Positions 46,227-58,049 of a stretch of DNA of 64,000 bases are shown here, one piece after another (position 1 is the stretch's first letter; every line of letters starts with the position of its first letter). This DNA comes from Leucoraja erinacea (Eukaryota). Under the pieces are notes generated by a model that had not been told where the DNA came from, searched no databases, and was given only the letters and a program-made list of their open reading frames with translations. The position numbers and the translations under genes were made by a program. The stretch spans positions 24,490,001 to 24,554,000 of the forward strand of contig NC_073403.1 of NCBI RefSeq assembly GCF_028641065.1, given 5' to 3'.

Positions 46227-48899
46227 ATTTCCTTCGCTCCATAGATGCTGCTGCACCCACTGAGTTTCTCCAGCTTTTTTGTGTAACCTTCGATTCTCCA
46301 GCATCTGCTGTTCCCTCTTAAACGCAGAATATGTATTATTTTGTGCAATTAAAATATCAAATTTTAACTCAGGTTTAGATATACTGTAGTCTTCAAATTA
46401 GGTTCTGACTTAATCATGTCACATATTGGATGTGGACATATTTATTAAGCGCATTACAGAATATGATTCAACTGGATGCACTTATGCAAAATCTTGTCGT
46501 GCAACACATGAAGTAACAGTTTTTTGCAATAAATGATTTAGGATAATATATACTATTCCAGAACTCATCAAGGACAATTAAAAGCATAATTTATACCGTA
46601 ATTACTGACTTATAATACTAAATCAAAGCATAGCTTCAAACAATTCCTCAAATTATGTTTTTAATGCTGATTTTTCTTGAAGCCATGGTAGCAAGTAGTT
46701 GAAAGCATGATAGAAATGTCAATCAAACTAATCATTGTAACTAACTCATGGTTCATTAAATATTTATGGAAAGCTAAATGATCAGAATATTATGCTTATA
46801 TATTTGCAGACTTTGCCTGCATCTATTTTCAGTGATACGTTACAGAACATCGTTGTACTCTGTGGACTGCTCGATTGTAATCATGTATAGTCTTTCCGCT
46901 GACAGGTTAGCATGCATCAAAAAGCTTTTCACTGTACTTTGCTACGCATGACAGTAAACTAAACTAAAATAAATTAGAGATATACACAATAAGCTGGAGT
47001 AACTTCTGCAGCACAGGCAGCACCCCTGACAGAAAGAGCAATGGTTGGGCCAGGCAGCAGCAGCAGCAAGAGCGGAAATCCTACTCAGAAACATCGACAA
47101 GAAGATGAACCCACAGTGGTTGAATTTATAGATTACATTTTGATTTTTATCTTTTCATAACAAAGAGATGATTTTGAGAGACTTAAGACCAAAAAAAAAA
47201 TGATTTTAGATATTTTAGTCATCATCTAAATTCTCGATGTCAAGGTTGTTCCTAATTGTGTATCAGACAATAATTATCCATAGCAGCACAGTTTACATGA
47301 TTATCGATTGAAAACACTTCGAAGTGCCCTGTCTCCTACTTTCAAACGGACTTCAAGGATAAAAAAAAGTGCTGAAATCGCTCAGCGGGTGAGGCAGCAT
47401 CCCTGGAGTGTATGAATAGGCGGTGTTTCTGGTTTTGTTCCTTCTTCAGACTTCAAGGATACATTTTTTTCAGAACAATAGGGATGTTAAACTGAATATT
47501 CCACTGGGGTTTGAGAGAAATTATCTTCATGGCGATGATCAGTGTAAGCATCAAGTAAAAACAAGCACTGTTCAGCAACTTTCACCTTTTTTTCCATGTA
47601 ATGAAGTCTTTTTATTTTGTGTTGTTATTCTATTGTTAGTTGGTAATGATAGAATTGCAAGACCTTTTTTTAAAGGAGCCTCGCACCTTTCTACCACTTT
47701 AATGTGGATGAAATAATACATAAAACGCAATCAGTAATGTACAATATTACGATGAAAATCTAACATTTCCACTTCATAGATTCATTCTATCTGGTGGTTT
47801 CTTTGCCTGTTGTGAATTATGCAGTTCTGTTTGGAATGGAACTTCACTAGTAGTTGATCAAGTCTCTTTACAAGTTGTGTTCCCCTTCATTACACCCATT
47901 TCAGAGCTGAGTATTTTCTGCACTTTGTGTTTTGATTTTAGATTTCCAGAAACTGCAATTTAGTTTTATTTTCACATCTAAAGCCAAATGCTAATGTCCA
48001 TTATTCAACATCAATATTATTATTTTTTTTTTATATATCACTGATTTTGTTGGTGTGGAGGAGAATATCTAACTGCAGGGTTGTGGATGGTGTGGTAAGG
48101 TGTGGTAACTGAGGAAGGGTTTGATTGTGAGGGCAGGGCCATTGACCCTGAAGTGAGGGAACAACAGATAGACTTCCGGGAGACATTCATGGCTCCGCCT
48201 TGGCTATCAGCAACATGTGTAAAGGAATTTCTTCTGGATTTAAAATCAAAATCTGCAGATGCCAAAAATCTGAAGTAAAAACAGGTCAGGTAGCAAGTTT
48301 GGAAGTGAACAGTTCAGGTTCAAGAGTTTTCATCAAAACTGGGAAAGATAGAAAATAGATTGCAATTTTATGTTGCAAAGAGAGTGTAATGAATCGAGTC
48401 GTATGCACGGCAAGATATAACACACTTATTAAAATCCACTTACAGCATTGCTCTGCAGGACACTGCAGTAACTAGCAGCTACTCAGACTGAATTACATAG
48501 GGAAGCTTTTGTTAATATAAATTGCATATTAGGCGGAGCAACTACTAACAAGCACTACAATTGGTTAGTAGGGAATAACCAATCTACATCTTTCCTTGTA
48601 AAAACAAAATGAAGCATAGATACGTGGAAACACGGTGGCTAAACAATATAGTAGTCGGAACTTTAATAACGCATATGGGGAAGTATAGATAGTTACACAA
48701 AATCACCGTATCTAATGGGTGGCTACTGATCCGTCCGGCATGTATCCAGTACGATTCCGCATCTCCTCCTTTCACCGATGAAGTGACTGGGGAGGTAACC
48801 GAGGATGTGACCGGGGACCGACCGGGTGGAGGTGGTGAAATAGGCGAGGTAGGCGCTGCGTGCCATGGGGAGGCCGCGGGGGGCACAGTCTCTGATAGT

Positions 48900-49094
48900 T
48901 GTAGATTGGCTATTTCCTACTAACCAATTGTAGTGCTTGTTAGTAGTTGCTCCGCCTAATATGCGATTTATATTACCAAGAGCTTCCCTACGTAATTCAG
49001 TCTGAGTAGCTGCTCATTACTGCAATGTCCTGCAGAGCAAGATTTTAATAAACATATGTTATATCTTGCCGTGCGTACGACTCGACTCATTACA
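48900..49094 (+). repeat. Third LTR, inverted relative to the host element
   Basis: TGTAGATTGG..AATAAA..CATTACA is the reverse complement of the flanking LTRs. Confidence 0.95.
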
Positions 49095-49120
49095 TGGTGT
49101 CAGAAGTGGGATTTGAACCC
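49095..49120 (-). other. 26-nt copy of the 3' end of a mature tRNA-Leu, including CCA
   Basis: Reverse complement GGGTTCAAATCCCACTTCTGACACCA versus vertebrate tRNA-Leu(CAA) ..GGGTTCGAATCCCACTTCTGACACCA (recalled), one CpG-type mismatch. Confidence 0.8.
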
Positions 49121-49299
49121 AGGATGTGGATTCGTACCGCACACGTGCCGGACTGATCAGTAGGCCACCTTTAGGTATGGTGATTTTGTGTGACTATCTA
49201 TACTTCCCCATATCGTTATTAAATTTCCGGCTACTTCCCCATATGCGTTATTTAAGTTCCGGCTACTATATTGTTTAGCCACCATGTTTCAAGTCGCTA

Positions 49300-49652
49300 A
49301 TAAAACATTCTATCGGCTTGCCAACTTGTTGCATACGAGCATAAAACTTGGTACGTTCAATGATATAGTTCAAGGGGAGTCACACAACTGTCTAAACTTT
49401 GCAAGTAGGACAGCAGGTCATCAATCGTTTCTGCAGGCACTTGGAACAGCAGGCTCAAAAGTAAAACAATCCGTATGTTTCATTGCCTCAGGACCAGCCA
49501 GGTTCAGTAACACAGAAGCACGTACATCTGGAGGAACGTTGCGATGAACAATGCAAACCTAGTGAATGTAGTCGCGCTCGAAAAGGTGCCAGCATTCAGC
49601 AATGTCAGAATCAAAGATCAGAGGACTAGGACGGCAAGACGAGTTTGCTATG
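49300..49652 (-). pseudogene. Gypsy gag N-terminal remnant
   Basis: Manual translation: RPSPLIFDSDIAECWHLFERDYIH*VCIVHRNVPPDVRASVLLNLAGPEAMKHTDCFTF. Confidence 0.7.
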
Positions 49653-50529
49653 ATAGAGATAACAGGCACATAAAACAAATATAAAAAACAAATCCCGATA
49701 AACATGAACGGAGTAGGTAAGACTCACTTCTTGACACCATGTAATGAGTCGAGTCGTACGCACGGCAAGATATAACACATGTTTATTAAAATCCACTTAC
49801 CGCATTGGTCTGCAGGACATTGCAGTAACTAGCAGCTACTCAGACTGAATTAGGTAGAGAAGCTCTTGGTAATATAAATCGCATATTAGGCGAACTACTA
49901 ACAAGCACTACAATTGGTTAGTAGGAATTAACCAATCTACAGAGAGTAAGGAGGAGGCTTGATATGGCAAAGGGGATGTACCTGATAGTGTGTTGGACAA
50001 TTTACAGAGCCATCTGGTTAAAAGATTAATAAGTGTAGTTTGAAGGAAAGAAGACATCGAGTGCTGGAGTAGCTCAACGGGTCAGGCAGTATCTCAGTAG
50101 AACATGGATAGCTGACGTTTTGGGTCGGTACCCTTCATTAGGCTGAATGGAAAAAAAACATGCAAAAGGATGTGTAAAGCTGTGAAAAGTAACCCAGTTG
50201 CCAAAACGTGCAAACTAATGGAAAATACTGGAAATGATGAGTAAATCAGGCAGTGGATGTGGAGGGAGGAAAAAAACAGTTAAAATTACAGATTGCAAAA
50301 CAGGCTACTTCTGATACAAACTGAAAAAGCATCTTCACTGAAATGTCTCAATGCTACAATGCAAAGGCTTCCGCTTATCTAGACAGAAGATGAGGTACTC
50401 ATATTTTCATACAACGAGAGGAGGCATTTGAGTTCATTGCATCAATGCTGTCTCTCAGCTCATTCCCATCAATCCCTCTCTCTCATTTACTTCTCACTAG
50501 TCTATTCTCTCTCCAATGCTCATCAACTT

Positions 50530-50753
50530 CACACTAATTCTCTTTCCAGGCAACTATGCCAGGGACGATTACAATAGCTAGTTAATCTACCAACCAGTCC
50601 ATCTTTGGATTAGGAGAGGAAACTAGAGCACCTGAGGAAAGTCTATGCTGACCCAGAGTGAAATTGCAAACTCCACAAGGACAGCACCAGAGGTTAGGAT
50701 TGAAGTTGGGGTCACTGAAGATGTGAGACAGCAGCACTACACACTGCGCCACC
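50530..50753 (-). mobile_element. V-SINE/HE1, degenerate
   Basis: Reverse head TGGTGGCGCAGTG..GTTGG..AATCC and V-domain. Confidence 0.7.
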
Positions 50754-51377
50754 ATGACAACCTGTTCCTCAAGACTATATTTGGGCTTCATTGGGACAAT
50801 GTGGAAGCCAACAAATTGCTATATTTGAGCCATTCTAGCCATATTAGCACATCTGCTGCTGTCTGTGTTTAGTTTGCACGTTCCCTCTGTGTCAGTGTGT
50901 ATTTCTCTCGGGTGCTCTAGTAATATTTATGTGCCATTTGGCTAACAGATATCCTACAATTTTTCCCTCTCCACAGTCATTATCAGATGTTTCCAAAGAT
51001 GTGCTGGTTAGTAAGCCAGCTATATTGGAGTCGGATGTTAGGCAACTGGAAACTCAGGATCACCATAACAGAAAGGGTTTCAGTAAATTTATAAGCTGAT
51101 CTTGGTTTCTCTACTGTCGAAGGAACACATGGATTCAGCTGCTTGCACGCTGTCTATTTCTTGTATTTTGCCAAATGGAAGGAAAATAATGCAAATCAGT
51201 TGCTGAAAAGCACCCAGAAAACAAAGCAATAAGATTTCCTTAATCAATTTCTTCTTGAGTGCATCAGTATCTCCAAATGAAATGCCTACTGCGAGCATGA
51301 CTAATAATGCTGCTCATTAAAAATCAGTGAATGCAACTTCAGTAACTAACAGCTTTCTCAACATGTATGCAACAATA

Positions 51378-51810
51378 GAGGGAAACCGTTTTTCAGTCAC
51401 TTACCTGGACGGAGATGCGTCTTTTCTCTGTGTCGCATCTTCGCCCCTCTCACGGCCTACCAACTGGATTGGCATGGCCTTTTCGACTGGAGACCGGCCC
51501 AGAGCTTCAGCAGCAGGCGCGGTGCGGAATTACCATCACAGAGCCTGGGATCCTTGTCGTGGATCGCCACTGTTGGTGCTCCGATCGCGGGGCATGATGA
51601 CTTTAACATCGCAGAGCCTGGGCTCTTTTGGCGAGGATCCCTAGTGTTGGTGCTCCATCCAGCGGGGCCTATAGACTTCAGAAGCCGTGGTCTCTGGTAA
51701 GAAGCGACCGATTCAGGAACTCCAAGCTGCAGAGTGTGTTCCGATCCATCCCGACATCGGAGTTTCGATCATCCCGGCAAGAGGGCCCGTACATCAAGCC
51801 GTCCGTAGCG
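51378..51810 (+). mobile_element. Structured non-autonomous retroposon (copy 3, 3' end lost)
   Basis: GGGAAAC..ACTTACCTGG, hairpin 51410-51443, CGGCCTAC; CpG-rich body. Confidence 0.6.
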
Positions 51811-52550
51811 GTGACTGCCAAGCATGGGGGGGTGAGAGTAGTGTCGTTGGGGCATGTTGGTTGGCATGAGCAAGTTGGACCAAAGGGCCTGTTTCCATGC
51901 TGTAAACTCAATTACTTTATTGGAAAACCAAGGCCTTATTTAATATTTGGATCAACATATACACATGTTGGTATTCCCCTTCAACAGGGGTAGACATGAA
52001 TAGGTTTTCTGGCTGATGTTTGGAACGTGATTGAAATAGGGATTTATACCATAGGTTAGGCTGCAGTTCATACCTCGGTGACTGCCAATCACCACCACCC
52101 CCCCCCCCCCCCCCCCCGGACACTTATTATTATTTATTCAAATCGTTTGCTATGTCGCTCTTCAAGGGAGATGCTAAATGCATTTTGTTGTCTCTGTACT
52201 GTACACTGACAATGACAATTAAAATTGAATCTGAATCTGAATCTGAGTTGAGTTGAGTTCCAATCTTCCAACGTACTTCCGCTGCAGATGCTGGACTTTT
52301 TCTCTGTAACGGTAACGTTACAATGTTGGAAAACTTTTTCCAAAGTCTCCAAAGTTCCATGTATAGCTTGATGGTACTTCATGTACAGCTTGATCTGATT
52401 AGATTACACACAAATTAAAGCTTTGGTACGCATGACAATAATAAACCAATACCAAAACCTCTGCATGTAACCAATTATCCAAATCAATCGTGTTCTTTTT
52501 CTTTCAATATCAGAATCCTCAAGCAACACTCTCAGGAGGATGTGGAAGGC

Positions 52551-53301
52551 CAGGGGTTCCCAACTTTTTTCGGCCTGTTTACCCTTGGCAGCTTTTCAAA
52601 AGTAAATTGATCCCCACCCTGTTTTGCTCAGTAATTTGAGTTTGCACAGTAGAGAGCATGCTGACCGGTTGCATCGTGGCTTGGTACGGCAACTTGAGTG
52701 CCCTGGAGAGGAAAAGACTACAAAAAGTAGTAAACACTGCCCAGTCCATCATCGGCTCTGATCATCCTTCCATCGAGGGGATTTATCGCAGTCGCTGCCT
52801 CAAAAAGGCTGGCAGTATCATTACAGACCCACACCATCCTGGCCACACATTCATCTCCCTGCTACCTTCAGGTAGAAGATACAGGAGCCTGAAGACTGCA
52901 CAACCAGGTTCAGGAATAGATACTTCCCCACAGCCATCAGCCTATTAAACCTGACTCGGACAAAACTCTGATTATTAATAACCAATTATCTGTTATTTGC
53001 ACTTTATCATTTATTTATTCATATGTGTATATATTTAAATTATAGTATATGGACACATTGATCTGTTTTGTAGTAAATGCCTACTATGTTCTGTGTGCTG
53101 AAGCAAAGCAAGAATTTCATTGTCCTATCAGGGACACATGACAATAAACTCACTTGAACTTGACTTGAACTTTAACTCACTTCTACCATAATAAAGCAAC
53201 AGACAAAGGGGAAATTTTAAAATACTGTTTTTAACAAATCCAGAATTAAGAAACTCCTACCCTCTGGGTAGGCAAAATTCACCCCCGGTTGGGAACCCTT
53301 G
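52551..53301. mobile_element. hAT-like MITE containing a LINE insertion
   Basis: Ends CAGGGGTTCCCAAC and GTTGGGAACCCTTG; no clear TSD. Confidence 0.6.
52646..53172 (+). mobile_element. Rex1/Babar LINE 3' end
   Basis: ESMLTGCIVAWYGN..RKRLQKVVNTAQSIIG..DPHHPGH..LLPSGRRYRSL; tail TGACAATAAA plus (CTTGA)n. Confidence 0.92.
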
Positions 53302-54035
53302 TTCCAGACCCTTCTTGGAAAGTAGGATGTACATGACTGAAAGAAATTCAAAAGATGAACATATTTTGATAATATTATGGAGTGCTCAAGCAGTTGGACA
53401 AGTATGAATGTTTCGTAGGGCTTAAATTATGCTGAGCACACATTTTTAACATGTAATGACGTAGACAGTCAAGTTCTGGACAAATGCTTTACATTTGGAA
53501 GGTAGGCTCTGCTTGAGGGAATTCAATAGCTTCTAGCATCAGTGAAATTGAAGGTTTTGGTCACCAGCTCCGCATAGCACTGCCTTTGTCCCGCAATATC
53601 CAATGCATCAACATTGATATGTCAAGATAAAGGTTCACCATAAACTGGTTCCCCTGATAAGAGATTCCTCTGGACTCAATACTATAAACCTATTTGCTGG
53701 GCAAATTAGATGGTAACACAGCTGTCAAGTCTGTTTTGTTTAGCTGAGACCATTATATGTTTAAAAAATCACCTGCCTTGACCAATATGGAAAGCACGTG
53801 CATTTTGTTAAAGAGTCTGTGTGAAAACTGTGCAATTGTCTATGTTCCAAATGAGCATTGCATGACAAATGACTCTATTAACTCATTCATGTCTATCCCC
53901 GTACAAAGGGAATACCAAAATTTGTTTGTGTTGATCCAAATACCCACTAAATCACGATTTTCCAATAGAGAATCATTGAGTATGAGTGTTTCGTAGGGCT
54001 TAAATTATGCTGAGCACACAATAGCTTGTTTTACG

Positions 54036-54332
54036 TGAAGGGCATGACTTCAGAATTAAGGGACAGAAGTTTAGGGGTAATATGAGGGGGAACTTCTTTA
54101 CTCAGAGAGTGGTAGCGGTGTGGAATGAGCTTCCAGTGGAAGAGATGGAGGCAAGTTCATTGGTATCATTTAAAAATAAATTGGATAGGCATATGGATGA
54201 GAAGGGAATGGAGGGTTATGGTATGAGTGCAGGCAGGTGGGACTAAGGGAAAAAAAGTTGTTCGGCACGGACTTGTAGGGCCGAGATGGCCTGTTTCCGT
54301 GCTGTAATTGTTATATGGTTATATGGTTATAT
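54036..54332 (+). mobile_element. CR1 LINE 3' end
   Basis: GHDFRIKGQKFRGNMRGNFFTQRVVAVWNELP; (TTATATGG)n tail. Confidence 0.9.
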
Positions 54333-55002
54333 GGGTGCGGTTGGGGGAAACGCTTTCTAATCTCTTACTTCGACGGAGATGCAATTTTTTTGTATCGTAT
54401 CTCCATCCACACTGCGGCCTAACATCGAGGAGTTGGCAGCCTTTGCTGGAGACCGATTTTGAGAGCTCCACCCCGGTCGCCTGCAGACTTACCATCGCGG
54501 AGCTTGCGATCCCTTTGCCAGGGGTCGACCTCGGATTTCCAACTGTCGGTGCTTGCGAATTTAACATCAAGGAGCCCGCGGTCTCTGGTCGCAGGGGTTT
54601 TTGATCGCCCCGACACGGGAGTTTCGATCGCCCCGACGCGGAAGTTTCAATCGCCCCGAAGCGGGAGTTTCAATCACCCCCCGACGCGGGAGCTTTGACT
54701 GCCCTGATGCGGGGGCTTCGACCACCGGCTGTGGGAACTTCAATCGCCTCGACGGATGGTTTGACTGCCCTGACCACGGGAGAATAAAGAGGAAGAAGCT
54801 TGGACTTTTTTGCCTTCCATCACAGTGAGGAATGTGAGAATCCGCTGTGGTGGATGTTTATGTTAACTTTTATGTAGTGTGTCTTTGTTTTAATATATGG
54901 ATGTATGGTAATTTACACATTTGGCACATAAATTTGGAACATTTGGCACCTAAATTGGCACATGTGACAATAAAAGGCCTTTGAAACCTTTGAATCCTTT
55001 GA
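54333..55002 (+). mobile_element. Structured non-autonomous retroposon (copy 4) with an internal ~23-bp CpG-rich tandem repeat
   Basis: Hairpin 54372-54407; GCCTTCCATCACAGTG..CTGTGGTGGATG domain; TGACAATAAA plus short-repeat tail; ATCGCCCCGACGCGGGAGTTTC-like repeats at ~54600-54780. Confidence 0.72.
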
Positions 55003-56204
55003 GTCATACCTGCCTATCCTATGTGACAAATAACTGGCACGTTCTACTTATGCAAAACTGATTGTTCATTTTCACTAACTGCACAAAAGGAAGATTATTG
55101 AAACTTACACATGAAGATACTGAAATTCAATCACATTGCATTGAAAACACAGCGGTGTGCAATCTAATCTCAAAATAATCATTTTTATTAGTACAAAGGC
55201 TGCAAATCAAAGTGCAGTTAAATTCAGTACGTGAATACCATTTTTGCCAAGACTGGGTTTTAAGTACGGATTATCTTGTGTATAATGCCTTTTCATTACT
55301 TTCAATCATTAGTGTGCTGCAAATAGTCTCTCATTCATCTGACTAATATTTTCTATTTGCTTTATTTACACGAAAAATACTCCAACTAGTGACGTTGTAC
55401 AAAAAGGAATCTGCTTTAAGGCTGGACATGCCTTGCACGGAATCAAATTTAATTCAGAGGACTGATGCCTGCTGTGATCTCAGAAAGACATTTTGTGCAG
55501 AGGCAATTCATCTTATTGTTTATATTGCAGAGCTTCAAACTAATGTACTACTTTTCAATAATAAATGAAAAAATACATGTAATTACATTTTGTACGGAGT
55601 AAGGAACAAGCTCGGGTTCGCAGAAATTAAATCCGTCTCAGCAAGTCAAAACAGCTCTAATAGCATTTCTGACAATCCAGTGACACTGTTAAGAAAATGG
55701 TTCAGATGAAAAAATAACTAGAACCCAAGATTTCTCCTCATCCCTTCATTACTGAAAACTCTGCAGTCTTCCATTGCCTCGCAATCATGGCATGTTCATC
55801 CTGGTCAGACCATACCAACAATCCCAGGTTCAGGCTTGAAGCTTGCTAGGCAATAGATCAGCGTGCTCATAATCCTCTATCCAGAAGATTGGAGGAAACT
55901 CAACTGCAGGTATTAGATTGTACACCAGCAGCAATGAGATTGAACATTGGCTTGGAAAGATTCTTGAGAACATCGCAGCTCCCAACATTGCAGGATTTCA
56001 TCATTACCACAGAGGTATTAGATTACATTTTACGCTTGAAACCCTAACCGGATATGAATCTCTAGCCTTCTAAATGAAAGAGTCCTGTCATCTGAAAAGT
56101 CATTTAATTTCTTTCAACTCCATGAGTTTTGCCAAAGATTGCCAGTTATGTGAATGTTGTCTTTTTAAAACTGCTAATTATTATCATAAATGGTGGAGTA
56201 ACTC

Positions 56205-56344
56205 TTCTTCTTCTTGTGTATGGCGTTCACAGCCTAAAGTTGTAGGACAACTTGTTCTATTTGATCTTATTTGATTGTGCACGCCAGGTTGATTGCATTC
56301 GTCAAAACAGGGCAGACCATGTGAAGGTTGCAATCTTCCACCCC
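56205..56344 (-). mobile_element. 140-bp 3' end of a non-LTR retrotransposon with a (GAA)n tail, inserted in a Penelope pLTR
   Basis: 12-bp TSD GTGGAGTAACTC at 56193-56204 and 56345-56356; clade not determined. Confidence 0.75.
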
Positions 56345-56832
56345 GTGGAGTAACTCAGCATCTGTGGAGGGAATGGATCAACGAGGTTTTGGATCGGGAC
56401 TTCTTCATACCGATTTTAGTAGGGAAGGGAAAGTTGGAAAAGAGAGGTGGGGATAGGGCAACGCCTGGCAAGTGACAGGTGGATCTAGCCAGGCTTTGTA
56501 CTGCCCTCACGGTGCACATTAATATCACTTGCAATTTTTTAATCAAAGTACAATTTGCTAAGCAGGTGACAAAATATGACGAAGATTAATAAGAATATGT
56601 CAACCTCTTTTTTGACCTCAGCCCTTCCACAATGTACCACCATTACATCCCTCACGAGGATTAGGATGTACTGGTTCACCTTTTCCCCTCCAGTTCATTC
56701 ACAATTTTAACCAGCTCCAGTTAGCATGCACTCACATGCCACTTTGTCCCCCATGATCAAGGATAGTGTCTGCAATGTGTTTGGGGGGGATGTTTGCCAT
56801 TTTGAGCTCAGTTTCCGTCAAACTGATCATAA

Positions 56833-57195
56833 TAGAAACATAGAAACATAGAATAGAGATGCAGGAGGAGGCCATTCGGCCCTTCACGCCATTGTGATCA
56901 GGGCTGATCATCCACAATCAGTAACCCATGCCTGCCTTCTCCCCATACCGCTTGATTCCACTAGCCGCAAGACTATCTCACTCTCTTTTAAATTAATACA
57001 GTGAATTGGCCTCCACTGCCTTCTGCGGCAGAGAATTCCACAAATCGAATCTCAGTTTTAAATGGCCTCCTGTAGTGGCCTGGATGAGGTCAGGAAAAGG
57101 CCAGACGCCAGGCAGGTTCAAACAGTAGTCTTTAATCACAGACTGTGGCCCTTGTTTCTGGACTCCCCCATCATTGGGAACATTTTTCCTGCTTC
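56833..57195 (-). mobile_element. CR1 LINE 3' end with an internal foreign insert
   Basis: Homologous to 31306-31655. Confidence 0.85.
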
Positions 57196-57394
57196 ATAAT
57201 ATTCTATTGTTTTCACCAATGCTGGCACAAACACAAACACGACCCATTAAGTAACCAATGGCTCAGCTCTTGCCGATGGAGCTCAGTTACCCACAATCAC
57301 CATTCACATTCCTCTAACATTCTCTCCTGCCTGGTAACAAGGTAAACTATATTGCATCCATGTGCTTATCCAGAAACTGATTTTGAAATTCTAC

Positions 57395-57795
57395 AAAACC
57401 CATGGATGCTGGAAACCCATCGCATCACATATTCTCCATCCTGCCATCTGGGAAGAGGTACAGGAGCATTAGCTGCAAAACCAGCAGGATGTTCCTCAGC
57501 TTCTTCCCGCAGGCTATAAGACTGCTAAACGGACTTTGCCCCCTGCCAAAGTATCGCGCACCAACCACCAACCTGGACACACTGCAGCAGAGCCACTGTC
57601 GTGCCGCTGCCGATCGGAACGTCTGTTGATGTTTAGTAGAGTGTTAATTTGTTCATGATATATGTATTTTTATTTCTATTTATTTTTAATGCACACTGAA
57701 TGGACACTGGTTGAGCAATGTTTTTTTGTTTCCTCTGGGTATGTGAATACTCAGGAAATGACAATAAAGATATACAATACAATACAATACAATAC
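57395..57795 (+). mobile_element. Rex1/Babar LINE 3' end
   Basis: PSHHIFSILPSGKRYRSI..SFFPQAIRLLN; tail TGACAATAAA plus (ATACA)n. Confidence 0.85.
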
Positions 57796-58049
57796 CTGAA
57801 CATTAAAATAGAAAATGCTAGAAACGTAACAGGTCAGCAGTCTTTAAATCTTTACACTAGTCAGCAGTCTCCTTCAAGCTTTGTTGCTGGGTGGTATATC
57901 ACTACACTCTATGTTCTTCCTAAATCACAGCAGCAATGTTGGTACCTACAGGGCTTCCTTCTCTGTGCAGTCATTTTTGTATTGCAGGTATCCTAACAGA
58001 AAAAAAACATTTTTAAGCAGCAATTTCCCACCTACAGCCAAGGGGAAAA

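Larger units (their letters stand above)
45185..46323 (+). mobile_element. Young 5'-truncated Penelope-like retroelement
   Basis: 11-bp TSD GCAGAATATGT at 45174-45184 and 46324-46334; open ORF; pLTR at ~46189-46323. Confidence 0.93.
48385..49941 (-). mobile_element. Internally deleted Gypsy-type LTR retrotransposon with an extra inverted LTR
   Basis: TG..CA LTRs at 49740-49941 (5') and 48385-48588 (3'); 5-bp TSD GAGAG; PBS TGGTGTC(A)AGAAGTG; purine tract ACAAGGAAAGA before the 3' LTR. Confidence 0.93.

Noticed and set aside
51399-51465. Bona fide U1 snRNA gene or pseudogene
   Set aside because: No U1-70K loop, U1A loop or Sm site; only the 5' motif and stem layout resemble U1.
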